Assembly: GCA_038087875.1 (NCBI GenBank) | Contig: JAXLNO010005735.1 | Location: forward strand, 1 to 64,000 | DNA from: Malacoraja senta | Lineage: Eukaryota | Reading direction: 5' to 3' | DNA length: 64,000 bases | Part shown: piece after piece, positions 12,911-24,028 of the stretch | How the letters are laid out: the number at the start of each line of letters is the position of its first letter | Position numbering within the stretch: position 1 is the stretch's first letter | Program-made: the position numbers and the translations under genes | The notes under the pieces: model-generated | Database searches by the model: none | What the model saw: only the letters and a program-made list of their open reading frames with translations | Told to the model about the DNA's origin: nothing

Positions 12911-13346
12911 TTTTCCTTTTCTCCGGAGATGCTGCCTGACCCACTAAGTTACTCCAGTATGTGTCGAGTTTCAGTTTAGACCCTGTTTATTATAGTCTGC
13001 TCCGACCCCACCCCCACCCCCCACCCCACCCAAGCCTTGATAGTCGGGACTTATCAGTAAGGTCTTCTTTACACTTACTGTTACAGAATCCCAATGTCCT
13101 CATAAGTCAGAAGTGCCCCATTCCATGCAGAGATTTCCCACCAGATGGGCATTTCAGGGTTGCAGCTCATAGAGATGGTGCCTATGAGGACCTGGACTCA
13201 ATCCCGATCTCTACTACAACCTGTGTGGCACTTTTATTCTTTCCCTGAAACCATGTGTGCTTCCTCTGGTTATTCCAGTTTCTCCCAATATTCCAAAGAT
13301 GCCTGGGCTGAGAGGTAAATTGGCCAGTGTGAATTGATCGTACATA

Positions 13347-14878
13347 CTGTGACCTCCATAATGTTTCGGACAAAGACCCATCATATATTTATTTGCCTCT
13401 GTACTCCATAATTTGAGATTTGTAATAGAAAAAAATCACATGTGGTTAAAGTGCACATTGTCAGATTAAAAAAAAGGCAATTTTTTAAACATTTTGGTTT
13501 CACCATGTAGAAATTACAGCAGTCAATTTACATAGTCACAAAATACATAGTCTGCCCCATTTTAGGGCACCATAATGTTTGGGACACAGCAATGTCATGT
13601 AAATGAAAGTAGCCATGTTTAGTATTTTGTTGCATATCCTATGCATGCAATGACTGCTTGAAGTCTGTGATTCATGGACATCGCCAGTTGCTGGGTGACT
13701 TCTCTGGCGATGCTCTGCCAGGCCTGTATTGCAGCCTGTGCTTGTTTTGGGGGCTAGTCCCCATTCAGTTTTCTCTTTGGCATATCAAAGGCATGCTCAG
13801 TTGCGTTCAGATCGGGTGATTGTCTTGGCCACTCAAGAATTAACAATTTTTTAGCTTTGAAAAACTCCTTTGTTGCTTTAGGATCATTGTCTTGCTGTAG
13901 TATGAACCGCTGGGCAATGTGTTTTGAGGCCAATGTGTTTGAACTTGAGCATATAGGATGTGTCTATACACTTCAGAATTCATTATGCTGCTACCATCAG
14001 TAGCTGAATGGTCAACAAAGCTAAGTTAGCCAGTACCTTCAGCAGCCATACATGCCCAGCCCACAACACCCCCACCACCGTGTTTCACAGATGAGGTGGT
14101 ATGCTTTGGATCTAGGGCAGTTCCTTCTCTCCTCCATACTTTGCTCTTGGCATCACTCCGATATAAGTTAATCTTTGTATCATCTGTCCAGAAGACCTTT
14201 TTCCAGAACTATGGTTGCTCTTTTAAGTACTTCTTGGCAAACTGTAACCCGGCCATCCTGTTTTTGCGGCTAAACAGTGGTTTGCATCTTGCAGTGCAGT
14301 CTCTGTATTTCTGTTCATGAAGTCTTCTGCGGACAGTGGTCATTGGCAAATCCACACCTGACTCCTGATGAGTGTTTCTGACCTGTCAGTCCCTTTGCGA
14401 TTAGTAAAGGATTGGGGTTTTGTCTTTATTATAGAGATAAGTCTTCTGTCATCAGCTGTGGAGGTGTTCCTTGGCCAGCCAGTCCCTTTGCGATTAGTAA
14501 GCTCACAGTGCTCTCTTTCTTCTTAATGATGTTCCAAACAGTTTGATTTTGGTAAGCCTAAGGTTTGGCTGATGTCTCGAACAGTTTTATTCTTGTTTCT
14601 CAGTCTCATAATGGTCTCTTTTACTTTCATTGGCACAACTCTGGTCCTCCTGTTGATGAACAGCAATAAAAGTTTCCAAAGGTGATGGAAAGACTGGAGG
14701 AAAGACTAGATGCTGAGTTCTCTTATACCTGCATTAAGGAGGCATTTAAATACCCCTGAGCAATTACATACATCTGCGAAGCCATGTCCCAAACATTATG
14801 GTGCCCTGAAATGGGGGGACTATGTATAAACACAGGTGTAATTTCTACATGGTGAAACCAAAATGAGCAAAAAATGAA
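13347..14878 (-). mobile_element. Tc1/mariner transposon remnant, IR/DR type
   Basis: Left end TA|CTGTGACCTCCATAATGTTT; direct repeats CCATAATGTTT(C/G)GGACA at about 13356 and 13570; inverted copy at 14785-14801. Minus strand encodes a degenerate HTH (IMRLRNKNKTVRDISQTLGLPKS) and C-terminus (AAIQAWQSI..MSMNHRLQAVIAC). Right end truncated by a CR1 fragment. Confidence 0.88.
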
Positions 14879-15462
14879 TACATAAGTTTAAAATGAGGGG
14901 GGAAAGATTTAATAATAACCAGAGGCATAGCTTTGGTGGGAGTACTGAATGAACTGCCGGAGAAGGGAGTTCAGGCAGGTACTATCGCAACATTTAAGAA
15001 ACATTTAATCTGGTACATGGATAGATAGGTTTAGAAGGATATGGGCCTCCTCAGACAGCCGTGGAGCCCACGTCAATGGATATTTCTCAGGTGGATATTG
15101 ACAGATTCTTGATCAGTATGGGTGTCAAGGGTTATGGGGCGAAAGCAGGGAATGTGGTTGAGAGGGCGAGATAGAGCAGCCATGATTGAATTAGGCCATT
15201 CAGCCGTAGGCCCTGATTCCCTGCTGTATGACTCTTTGACTTTACCTCTCTATGATTTTATAAAATCTCCTTGACGTTGTCCATTTTCTTAATATAATAA
15301 AATATTCTTTGAATTTTGGAATATTGTAACTAGTAGGCTGTATCGACATGATAGATAATAATAGATCTTTGAAGATGGGAAGCAATCCAATAGGATCATT
15401 CAATACCTCGACCACAATTGGTGGAATAGGTATCAGAGCCCATCTAGCCAACTCTTGTAGAA

Positions 15463-15780
15463 GGCTCAGTGGTGCAGCATTAGAGATGCTGCCTTATCGC
15501 CCTTACAGCACCAATGCCCAGGTTGGATCCTGACTACGGGTCCTGTCTGTATGGAGTTTGTACATTCTCCACCTGACCGGGTGGGTTTTTCCTGAGATCT
15601 TCAGATTCTTCCCACATTCCATGACGTACAGGTTTGTAGTTTAATTGGCTTGGTGTAGAATGTAAATTGTCCCTTGTGTGTGTAGGATAGTGTTAGCGTG
15701 TGGGGGTTGCTGGTCAGTGTGGACTCAGTGGCCCGAAGGGCCTGTTTCCATGCTGTATCTCTAAGCTAAAAACTAAACTA
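15463..15780 (+). mobile_element. HE1-type tRNA SINE
   Basis: A box AGTGGTGCAGC, B box GGTTGGATCC, conserved central domain and CR1-like tail. Confidence 0.8.
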
Positions 15781-15967
15781 AAGGCTCCTGACACAAATTG
15801 TCACCTGATCATTGATGCTGCCTGCCCCACTGAGTTCATCCAGCACTTGCATCTGCAGGTCCTTGTGACTCCCTTATTCAAAGTCATTGTATTGTTATCA
15901 GTTTAATAACTTTTAGTTATTTTCAGTGAATGATACAATCATATTTATTATTGTTTATGAATTGCAG

Positions 15968-16228
15968 ATTTACACCATCTTGCATTTTACTACCTGTTGA
16001 ACCATGGATTGAATGAGCTGCCTGAGTACAGTATGGTAGCAATGCTGGATGACGTCCAGATAGCATATTTTGACAGCACACTAGAGCGGGCTGTTCCCAG
16101 ACAGCGATGGATGGCCCAGTCTTTCCCGCAGGATCACTGGGATTCAATGGCCATAACAGTTGCAGGTTTTCATGGGATTGTCAGAGGAAATGCTGAGATA
16201 GTCTACCAACAGCAACATGGTATCTCGA
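15968..16228 (+). CDS. MHC class I exon 2: alpha1 domain
   Basis: TTGCAG|...|GTAAGT, 261 nt. DLHHLAFYYLLNHGLNELPEYSMVAMLDDVQIAYFDSTLERAVPRQRWMAQSFPQDHWDSMAITVAGFHGIVRGNAEIVYQQQHGIS, with class I PE..., DD...YFDS and PRQRW motifs. Confidence 0.95.
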
Positions 16229-16916
16229 GTAAGTGTCATGACCGGACCTGGGGTAGACACCCAGTGATGGAACAAATGGATTTTGTTTTAGTTTTGTTGC
16301 TGTCACATGATTCTCTGATACACTTTTTTTGCATGTTAGTCAATCACATCAAAGAAAACTATTCATAAATGCAATCAAACCAAACTCGTACAATAGGTAG
16401 AGCAAAGAGTGCAGAATGTAGTTCTCAGCATTGTAAGGCACCAGTGCCAGAGACAAAGTCCAGTGTCTACAATGGGGTTGAGGAGAACCCTAGCATAAGG
16501 GAGGACTGTTCATAAACCAGACAACATAGGGGAGGAAACAGTTACTGAGTCTGGTGGTGCACGCTTTAATGCTTACGTACCTTCTGCAGGAAGAAGAAGG
16601 AATGACCAGAGCGGGATGAATCTTTGATTATGTTGTCTGCTTTCCTGAACCAGTTGAAATACAGGTGGATTCACTGGTGGGGAATCATGTTTGTGTGATC
16701 GACTGTGCTACATCTCCACCTCCCTGCAATTTCCAGCGGTCTTGGGCAGAACTCTTTCCAAACTAAGTTGTGATACAACCTGTCAGTATGCTTTCTATGG
16801 CACATTTGTAGACGTTTGTAAGAGTCATTGGAGATGCCGCATTTCCTTAGTCTCCTGAGGCAGTAGGGGAACCAGAAACTCTCAACCTTTTTCACTTCAG
16901 CACCATTGATGTAGCA

Positions 16917-17946
16917 ATGTTACAAAATTTTGAGATTTTAAAAATAAAGTCTGCAATTTATCCCATCAGATAAAGCATAAAAGGAAGTTTAATTTGACAC
17001 CTAATTCACTTTCATATCTTCAGTATTAAAGAAGTTATGGCCATCTTGTTCCCTATTGCTTTTCCATTGACTTAACACAAAAGCTGTGATCGAGGACAGT
17101 CAAAAGCCCATAACTTTCTTAAAAATTAAGATAACTGAAAGACATTTTCAGTTATTATAGATTGAAGCATTCTGAAACAAATATGAAACAATCTTACTTA
17201 GAAGACATGAAAGTATGGATGACTTGAAATTAAAGCATATAATTAGTTAGTTACCTAATTGTAGCTAATTACAAAATTCAATTACTAGATCTAAACATCT
17301 ATCAATTTCTTAAGAATAGATTAACATTTTTAAATAGCCTAAGTGTCCAAATAACATTCACACAATAATTCACAATATAACATAACTTTTAAATCTCATT
17401 TTCATGAATTTACAGGCCAAATGGAAGGAATTGAATGTTTAATACCTGTAAATTAATGGGCATTTAATTCATTTTGCGAGTGAGGATTTCTGGAACGCGA
17501 TCATTTGGAACGTTCATTTGCGGTGAATTTAACCCCGTATTGGCATGAAAAATACTGCCGTTAGTTCGGGGAATAAAATCACCGTGTCGCATGAAAAAAT
17601 GTGAATTAAAGGCTTCTTAAGAAGCACTTTTATACATTTAAAGAAACCACTTTCGTTTACCTGTCCCGTGTGTGAAATCCGTCCCCGTTATCGGCGTTGA
17701 CGCTTCAGGAGCTGCTTTTAAAATTACTCTAGCGCTGACATTGACGATTTAATAAAAATAAAAAATTCACAAAACGCCGGTAGGAACGATTCATCAGCCA
17801 GCGCTTGGACTCCAACAAAATATTAACTAGGACAAGGAAGGAGAAACCCGCGTTTTAACCCCGCCCCCCCTTAAAGGCGCCAAAATCGCGCATACGGCCA
17901 GTGGCAGAATTACAGCGCGACAGAAGGTAGGTTTTGTAACATACCT
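16917..17946. mobile_element. About 1-kb non-autonomous DNA transposon of unknown superfamily
   Basis: Terminal inverted match ATGTTACAAAA (16917) / TTTTGTAACAT (17932-17942), with the right end continuing ACCT. AT-rich body, CpG-rich right subterminus, no ORF. Confidence 0.6.
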
Positions 17947-19013
17947 AATTGATGCTGTTTCAGACATTTACTCCATCACATTTTGATAGAGACACGGCCC
18001 ATCGTCTATATTTAATGTGTCCTAACTGCTGAACACCCATTGATAACAGTTGGCTGGTGATAGTCTCTTTATGGGTTAAGCATTTGATATTTAACACCAG
18101 TAAAAAGTGGATGGATTGGATCATCTGTTTTATTGGGCTGGAATGAGGGAGAAACCATTAGTTTATTTATAGCCTGATCATCTAGAGATGGGACCTTGAT
18201 TTAAGCTGGTTGATGGTGACTATGATGTATTCCCTCAACAATAATATTCTGTTAATCCAGCATTCCCTCAATATTGGCAGCAATCCACAGAGAGTGTAGC
18301 AATCCCACACTGTGCAACAGCCTTGATGTACTACCCATCTGCATTGCCTTAACCTTGAGACTGACCTGTTCACTGTATAACATTGCCCATTTGACAATGC
18401 ACTCCTTCCTCTGTTCTTTATGTACGAAAGTGCAGAATCTGAGTTCTACCCTTCTGACACAGCAAAACTCCTTTAGTGTTACATCCACAACAGTAAAGCT
18501 TCCCCCCTCAACACTTGAGGTTAGTCCATGCCCTCAGTATATAGACCATGGGTCATTGAGTCACACATCATGGAAACCGGCCCTTCTGCTCACTGAATCC
18601 ACACTGATCATCCATTGTGCTAAGATGGAGTCACAGCAAACTGCAGATGCTGCCAATCTGAATTTAAAACAAACAGGAGGAACTCAACGTGTCAGGCAGC
18701 ATGCTGTGGACAAATGGACAGAAAACATATGAGACCAGGACCATTTAGAGTGATGGAGTAGGGTGGAGAAAGCTGGAAAGAAAAGTAGTCTGTGTAGGAT
18801 AGTGTTAATATGCGGGGACCACTGGTCAGTGCGGACTCGGTGGGCCGAAGGACCTGTTTCGGCGCTGTATCTCTGAACTAAACCTGCTCCTGTGCTGTAC
18901 AGCTCTATGTTGTGTTCTGTTATGCCTGTTTGTACCATGCTGAGAACTGATTTGTAAATTGCCTCTCCCTTCCATCCACTCACCCCAACCCAAATCCTCC
19001 ACCCCTACCTCAG

Positions 19014-19295
19014 CCCAAGCTGTTTTCTTTGTGCAGGGTTTCTGCGGCTGTGAAGTGGACAGTGACAATTCCACTGATGGGTTTGTCAGACTGGGTTATG
19101 ATGGGGAGGATGCCTGTGCTTTTGACAAGGACAGAATGTTCTGGATTGCACTACGTCCAGATTTCCAGATGCTAGCAGATCGGTGGAACGTCAACACCTT
19201 CATGAACAAGTATTTTAAAGATCTCCTGGAGAAGGACTGTGTGAAGTGGCTGCGGATATATCTGGAGTGTGGACAAGAAGCACTACAGAGGAGAG
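19014..19295 (+). CDS. MHC class I exon 3: alpha2 domain
   Basis: CTCAG|...|GTACAC, 282 nt. TQAVFFVQGFCGCEVDSDNSTDGFVRLGYDGEDACAFDKDRMFWIALRPDFQMLADRWNVNTFMNKYFKDLLEKDCVKWLRIYLECGQEALQRR, with the conserved C101/C164 pair, YDG.D, W147 and WL..YL. Confidence 0.95.
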
Positions 19296-20501
19296 GTACA
19301 CGACGTAGGCACTCTGACTGATGGGCCAGAGGATATCCTCTGGATAGATCAGGTGGGAAATATCATGCACGTCAGGCTGTCACTTGAGTAATTATTTAGT
19401 TTAGTTTAGAGATACAGCTCGGAAGCCCACCGACACCGCACCGAGCAGCCATGCCCGCACACTAACACTATCCTACACACACTAGGGACAATTTGCATTT
19501 ATACCAATCCAATTAACCTACAAATTTGTACGTCTTTCGAGCGTGAGGGGAAACCGAAGATCTCGGATAAAACCCACGCAGGTCAGAGGGAGAACGTACA
19601 AACTGTGTAAAAACAAGCACCCGTTAGTTAGTAACAAACCCAGGTCTCTGGCGCTGTAAGGCAGTAGCTCGATCGCTTCGCCACCCTGTTCTTGGGCGAG
19701 GGTATCAGTAAATTGTCTGGCAACATGCCTCTTAGATGGAGCCAGTGGGTAGGAAGTGCAAGTGAAAGATAAATATTGTACCAGTGTCCTTTATCCACAG
19801 TCATATAGATATTCAGGAAATGGAGGAATATGTATCTTGGTCTTATGTTTAGCACCGACCTTGTGGCCTGAAGGGTCTGTTGCTGTGCTGATCAGAAACC
19901 CAATCAGATTCTCTATTTGCCTATATTACTCCTTGGGATGGTGACATTCAATTTCCAACAGTTCTCTGGTTGAAGAACTTCTTCCTCCCATTCCCTCTTG
20001 GAATATTTAGTGTTATTATTCAGCTGAGATTCATGAACAAATAGAAGCAATCATGTCTACAGTATCAATCCCAATGGTGAGTTATACTCCTCCATTGGGC
20101 CCTGCATTCCCCTTTCATCTGTGCTGTCAGTTCAAGTCTGGAGCTAAGATAAGGAGCATGTCAGTTGTATTAAAACTAAATGTTTTGTTGTTTTGCCAGA
20201 AATGCAAAATGAAAAGAGAAAAGGCTGTAAACCTTGTGCAAGATAGAACTGCAGATGCTGGTTTACACTGAAGATAGAAGATGTTGGCGTAACTCAGTGG
20301 GTCAGAAGCATCTCTGGGCATTCCTTCTCTCCAGAGATGCTGCCTGACCTGCTGAGTTATTCCAGCATTTTGGGTCTAGGCTGGAAACTTAGTTCAGCCA
20401 GAGAAAAAACTCTGATTGGGAAAGTGGTGAGTTGCAGTGATCTTACAATTGAAGGCTTTTGTTCATGTCTTCACTGATTCTGACGCTTCTTACACTTGCA
20501 G

Positions 20502-20777
20502 AAACCTCTGAGGTGTTTATTGGGATTAAAAGTGATGGGTCGCAATCACTGAGACTCTCCTGCCTTGTCACAGGCTTCTAGCCACGGGCCATCGATGTAA
20601 CGTGGCTGAGAGATGGTGAGGGGGTCCACAAGTCTGAATCCAGTGATGATCTGTTGCCCAATTGGGATGGGACTTACCAGCTGAAGAATACAATTCAACT
20701 GAGTAGAGAAGATGTGGCAAAATTCTCCTGTTACATCGAACATGCAACTCTGCTGCAGGGAGTCAATGTTCCACAGG
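20502..20777 (+). CDS. MHC class I exon 4: alpha3 C1-set Ig domain with an in-frame TAG at 20579-20581
   Basis: TTGCAG|...|GTAAGT, 276 nt. ETSEVFIGIKSDGSQSLRLSCLVTGF*PRAIDVTWLRDG..LLPNWDGTYQLKNTIQL..KFSCYIEHATL. Confidence 0.95.
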
Positions 20778-22516
20778 GTAAGTGGCAAGTCAATGCGGCT
20801 GATCACTTGAGACAATAAACCTCCTGGACTGAGATAACAGCCTCAACTCACACTCTTAACTAAGCTGTGCATTTAGACTTTAAACTTTAGAGATATGGTG
20901 CAGATACAGACCCCTCAGCTCACTGAGTCCTCGCTGAACAGTGATCATCCCGTACATTTACACTAACCAACACACTGGGGACAAATTACAATTTTACCTA
21001 AGCCAAGTAACCTTCAAGCCCATATTTCTTTGGAGTGTGGGAGGAAACCGGAGCACCCGGAGAAAACCCACGCAGTCACAGGGAGAACATACAATGTCCT
21101 TGCAGACAGCACCTGTAGTCAGGATCGAACCCAGGTCTCTGGTGCAGTAAGGAAGCAGCTCTACTGCTACGCCACTGTGCCACCCATTATTAATTTGTGG
21201 TTATCTAATTGCCCAGAATTATTGATAGTCAATGGAATGTGGTTTTAGTTTAAGAGATACAGCCCAGAAACCAGCCCTTCAGCCCACCGAGTCTGCGTCA
21301 ACCAGCGATCCCTGCACACTTACATTATCTTACTTATTAGGGGACAATTTACAATTATACCAAGCCAATTAACCTACAAACCTGTCTGTCTTTGGACTGA
21401 GGGAGGAAACCGGAGATCCAGGCAAAACCCACGCAAGTCCCGGGGAGAAGGTACAAAACTCTGTACAGACGGGACCCGTAGTCAGAATTGAACCGGGTCT
21501 CTGGCGCTGTAAGGCAGCAGTTCCACCGAGTGGGCAAAGCAGAGCCAAATGGAATACAGTGTAGCAAGTGTCTGGTTTTACATTTTGGCAGTCGGAATAA
21601 AGACATAGACTATTTTCTAAATGGGGAGAGAATTCAGAAATCTGGGCTACAAAGTGGGAATACTAGTGCAGGATTCCCAAATAGTTCATTTGCAGATTGA
21701 GTCAGTGGTAAGTAAGGCAAATGCAATGCCAGCATTCATTTCGGGGGGACTAGAATATAAAAACAATGATATAATGCTGAGGATTTATCGGGCACTGGTG
21801 AAGACACATTTGGAATATTGTGAGCAGTTTTGGGCTCCATATTAGAAAGGATGTGCTGGCTTTGGAGAGAGTCCAGAGGAAGTATGTCCTGGGGATGATT
21901 GATTTAACGTATGAGGAATGTTTGAAGTCTCTGGGCTTCTACTCGTGGGAATTTAGAAGGATGAGGGGGAAATCTCTGAAACCTACCAGTTAATGAAAGT
22001 CCCAGTTGGTGGATGTGGATAGGATGTTTTCAGTAATGGGAGAGTCTAGCACAGCCTCACAATAAAAATACGTACTTTCAAAATGGAGATGAGGAGGAAT
22101 TTCTTTAGTCACAGGGTGGTGAATCTGTGGAATTCATTGATACAGACAGCTGTGTGGGTCAAGTCATTGCATATTTTAAAGCAGGGAATGATAGGTTCTT
22201 GATTAGTATGAGTGCCAAAAGTTACAGGGAGAAGGCTGGAGAATGGGATTCAGAGGTAAAAATAGATCTGCCATGACTGAATGGTGGAGTAGACTCAATG
22301 GACTGAAAGGCCTACTTCTGCTCCAATGGTAAAAATTATTCTTGTCACCCTTAACTCACACATCCAAATGTAGGAAGCAAGATAGGCTGATCCTGGCCAA
22401 GGTCTCTTATCTTATTTCTTGGGCATCTAGCTAATTTTTTTGATAGTAGTTAGTTGCACAAAAGGCCAATAGTGGTGCCACATCCAACCTCATTATCAGT
22501 CTGAAGTAGCAGCACC

Positions 22517-22517
<1 letters not shown>

Positions 22518-22548
<31 letters not shown>

Positions 22549-22570
22549 CGTGCGTGCGTGTGTGTGTGTG
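22518..22570. repeat. (TG)n/(CG)n/(TGCG)n compound microsatellite
   Basis: Alternating purine-pyrimidine run, directly visible. Confidence 0.95.
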
Positions 22571-22734
22571 AAAATATCAAACTCTCAGATATTTAAATAT
22601 CAGCAAAGTTTAAAACCTTTGAAGTTTTATCAACTATAAATGGGTTCACTTTTATTTGCTAAAATAACAATGGTCAACATAAGAAAATAGCCTTGTTGAC
22701 CTCTACACTGCAAATAGACCACCGGGGGCGCTGA

Positions 22735-23547
22735 CCTGTCTGTCCTTTCACCTTTCTTTTTTATTTTAGTCAGTAAAGTGTTTTGTTTTGGAGGTCTAGA
22801 CTTTTTTGTGTGGGGGGGGAAGGGGGAAACTACCTTTCAGGGTCCCTACCTGGCCGGAGAGGCAGCTTTTCTCCGGGCTGCAGCTTCGACCCGTCCTCGC
22901 GGCCTACCAGCAGGCCTGGAGCGGCGTTTCCTGTCGGGGACCGCCCAGAGCCTCGGCTTCGGCGGCGGCACAGCGCTGGAGCGCTATCGCGGAGCGGGCG
23001 ATGCCTTGCCCGGGTCGCCGCGCTGGAGCTCCGGTGAGCTGAGGATCACTGGAGAAAACATCGCGGGGCTGCGGGACTGTGGAGCGACCAGCTGCGGGCA
23101 GCGGCGCTGAACTTTACACCGGGAGCCTGGGATCTCTATATGAGAGCGCCAGTTGTGGAGCTCCAACCGGCGCGGCCTTGTTGGCTTCGGAAGCCGCGGC
23201 CCCCAGTGCGGAAGCGGCCGTTCCAGGGTTCCCAGGCCGCTGGGAGGACTCTCCCGTCGCCGGAGCAACATCACCCGCCGAGAACGGCCTGGAACATCGG
23301 GCCTCCGTAGAGGCAACTGTGGAGGCCTCAATGGGCCCGACTATGGGTGAACTGGGGTGGGGGACTGGACTTTGTGCCTTCCCTCATGGTGGGAGCCATT
23401 GTGGGGGGATGTTCAGTGTTAAGACTATCTTGGTGTGATGTCTGTATTCTTCTCTTTTTTGTGCTGCATAATGGCAAAAAGCATTTCACTTCACTACACC
23501 CGGGTGTATGTGAATGTGACAAATAAAATATCTTGAATCTTGAATCT
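22735..23547 (+). mobile_element. GC/CpG-rich non-coding retroposon with GTGACAAATAAA and (TCTTGAA)n tail
   Basis: CpG-island-like body, LINE-type 3' tail, no recognisable protein. Lies in class I intron 4. Confidence 0.6.
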
Positions 23548-23798
23548 TTATTTCTGACATATGCTTGATTCTTTAAATTCATAATTAAATGCTGCAGATA
23601 AAATCTCAACGCTAATATGAACTTCAAAGATTTTTCATTGATCTATTTAAACATCCATCGTCTGGACAATTACATAAATCTAAGACTTTGTTACTTTGTA
23701 ATTAGATATGAACAGTGCTAGTTTAATGTAGATAATAAAATCATTACAAAGTCGTTATTGATCAATACATGTTTAAAATGCACTATATATGCCAACAG

Positions 23799-24028
23799 AG
23801 ATGGCAGCGAAAGAAGATATAAAGATTAGGATCGTGACTGGAGCTGTAATTGTTCCTCTTATTCTCCTGGGGATCATCCTTGGAATTGGTTGCTGGAAGA
23901 AGAGGAAAAAGATGAAACCTTTCAATGAACAGGGACCAGCTGACAACAGCAGAGACCAGCAGCGGACTGCAGTGACCATGAAGCACAATCAGCTTCCGTT
24001 GGGATACAGAGGAGGTCTACCGGAATGA
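23799..24028 (+). CDS. MHC class I exon 5: connecting peptide, transmembrane helix and cytoplasmic tail
   Basis: CAACAG| phase 1. EMAAKEDIKIR-IVTGAVIVPLILLGIILGIGCW-KKRKK (stop-transfer)...LGYRGGLPE*. No strong internal donor seen. Confidence 0.85.

Larger units (their letters stand above)
7797..24028 (+). pseudogene. Nonclassical MHC class I heavy-chain gene (5 exons) with an in-frame stop in alpha3; pseudogene, null allele or alpha3-skipping gene
   Basis: Exons of 52+261+282+276+230 nt total 1101 nt (366 aa if the TAG is repaired). All four introns are GT..AG and phase 1, the canonical class I leader/alpha1/alpha2/alpha3/TM layout. Confidence 0.9.
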
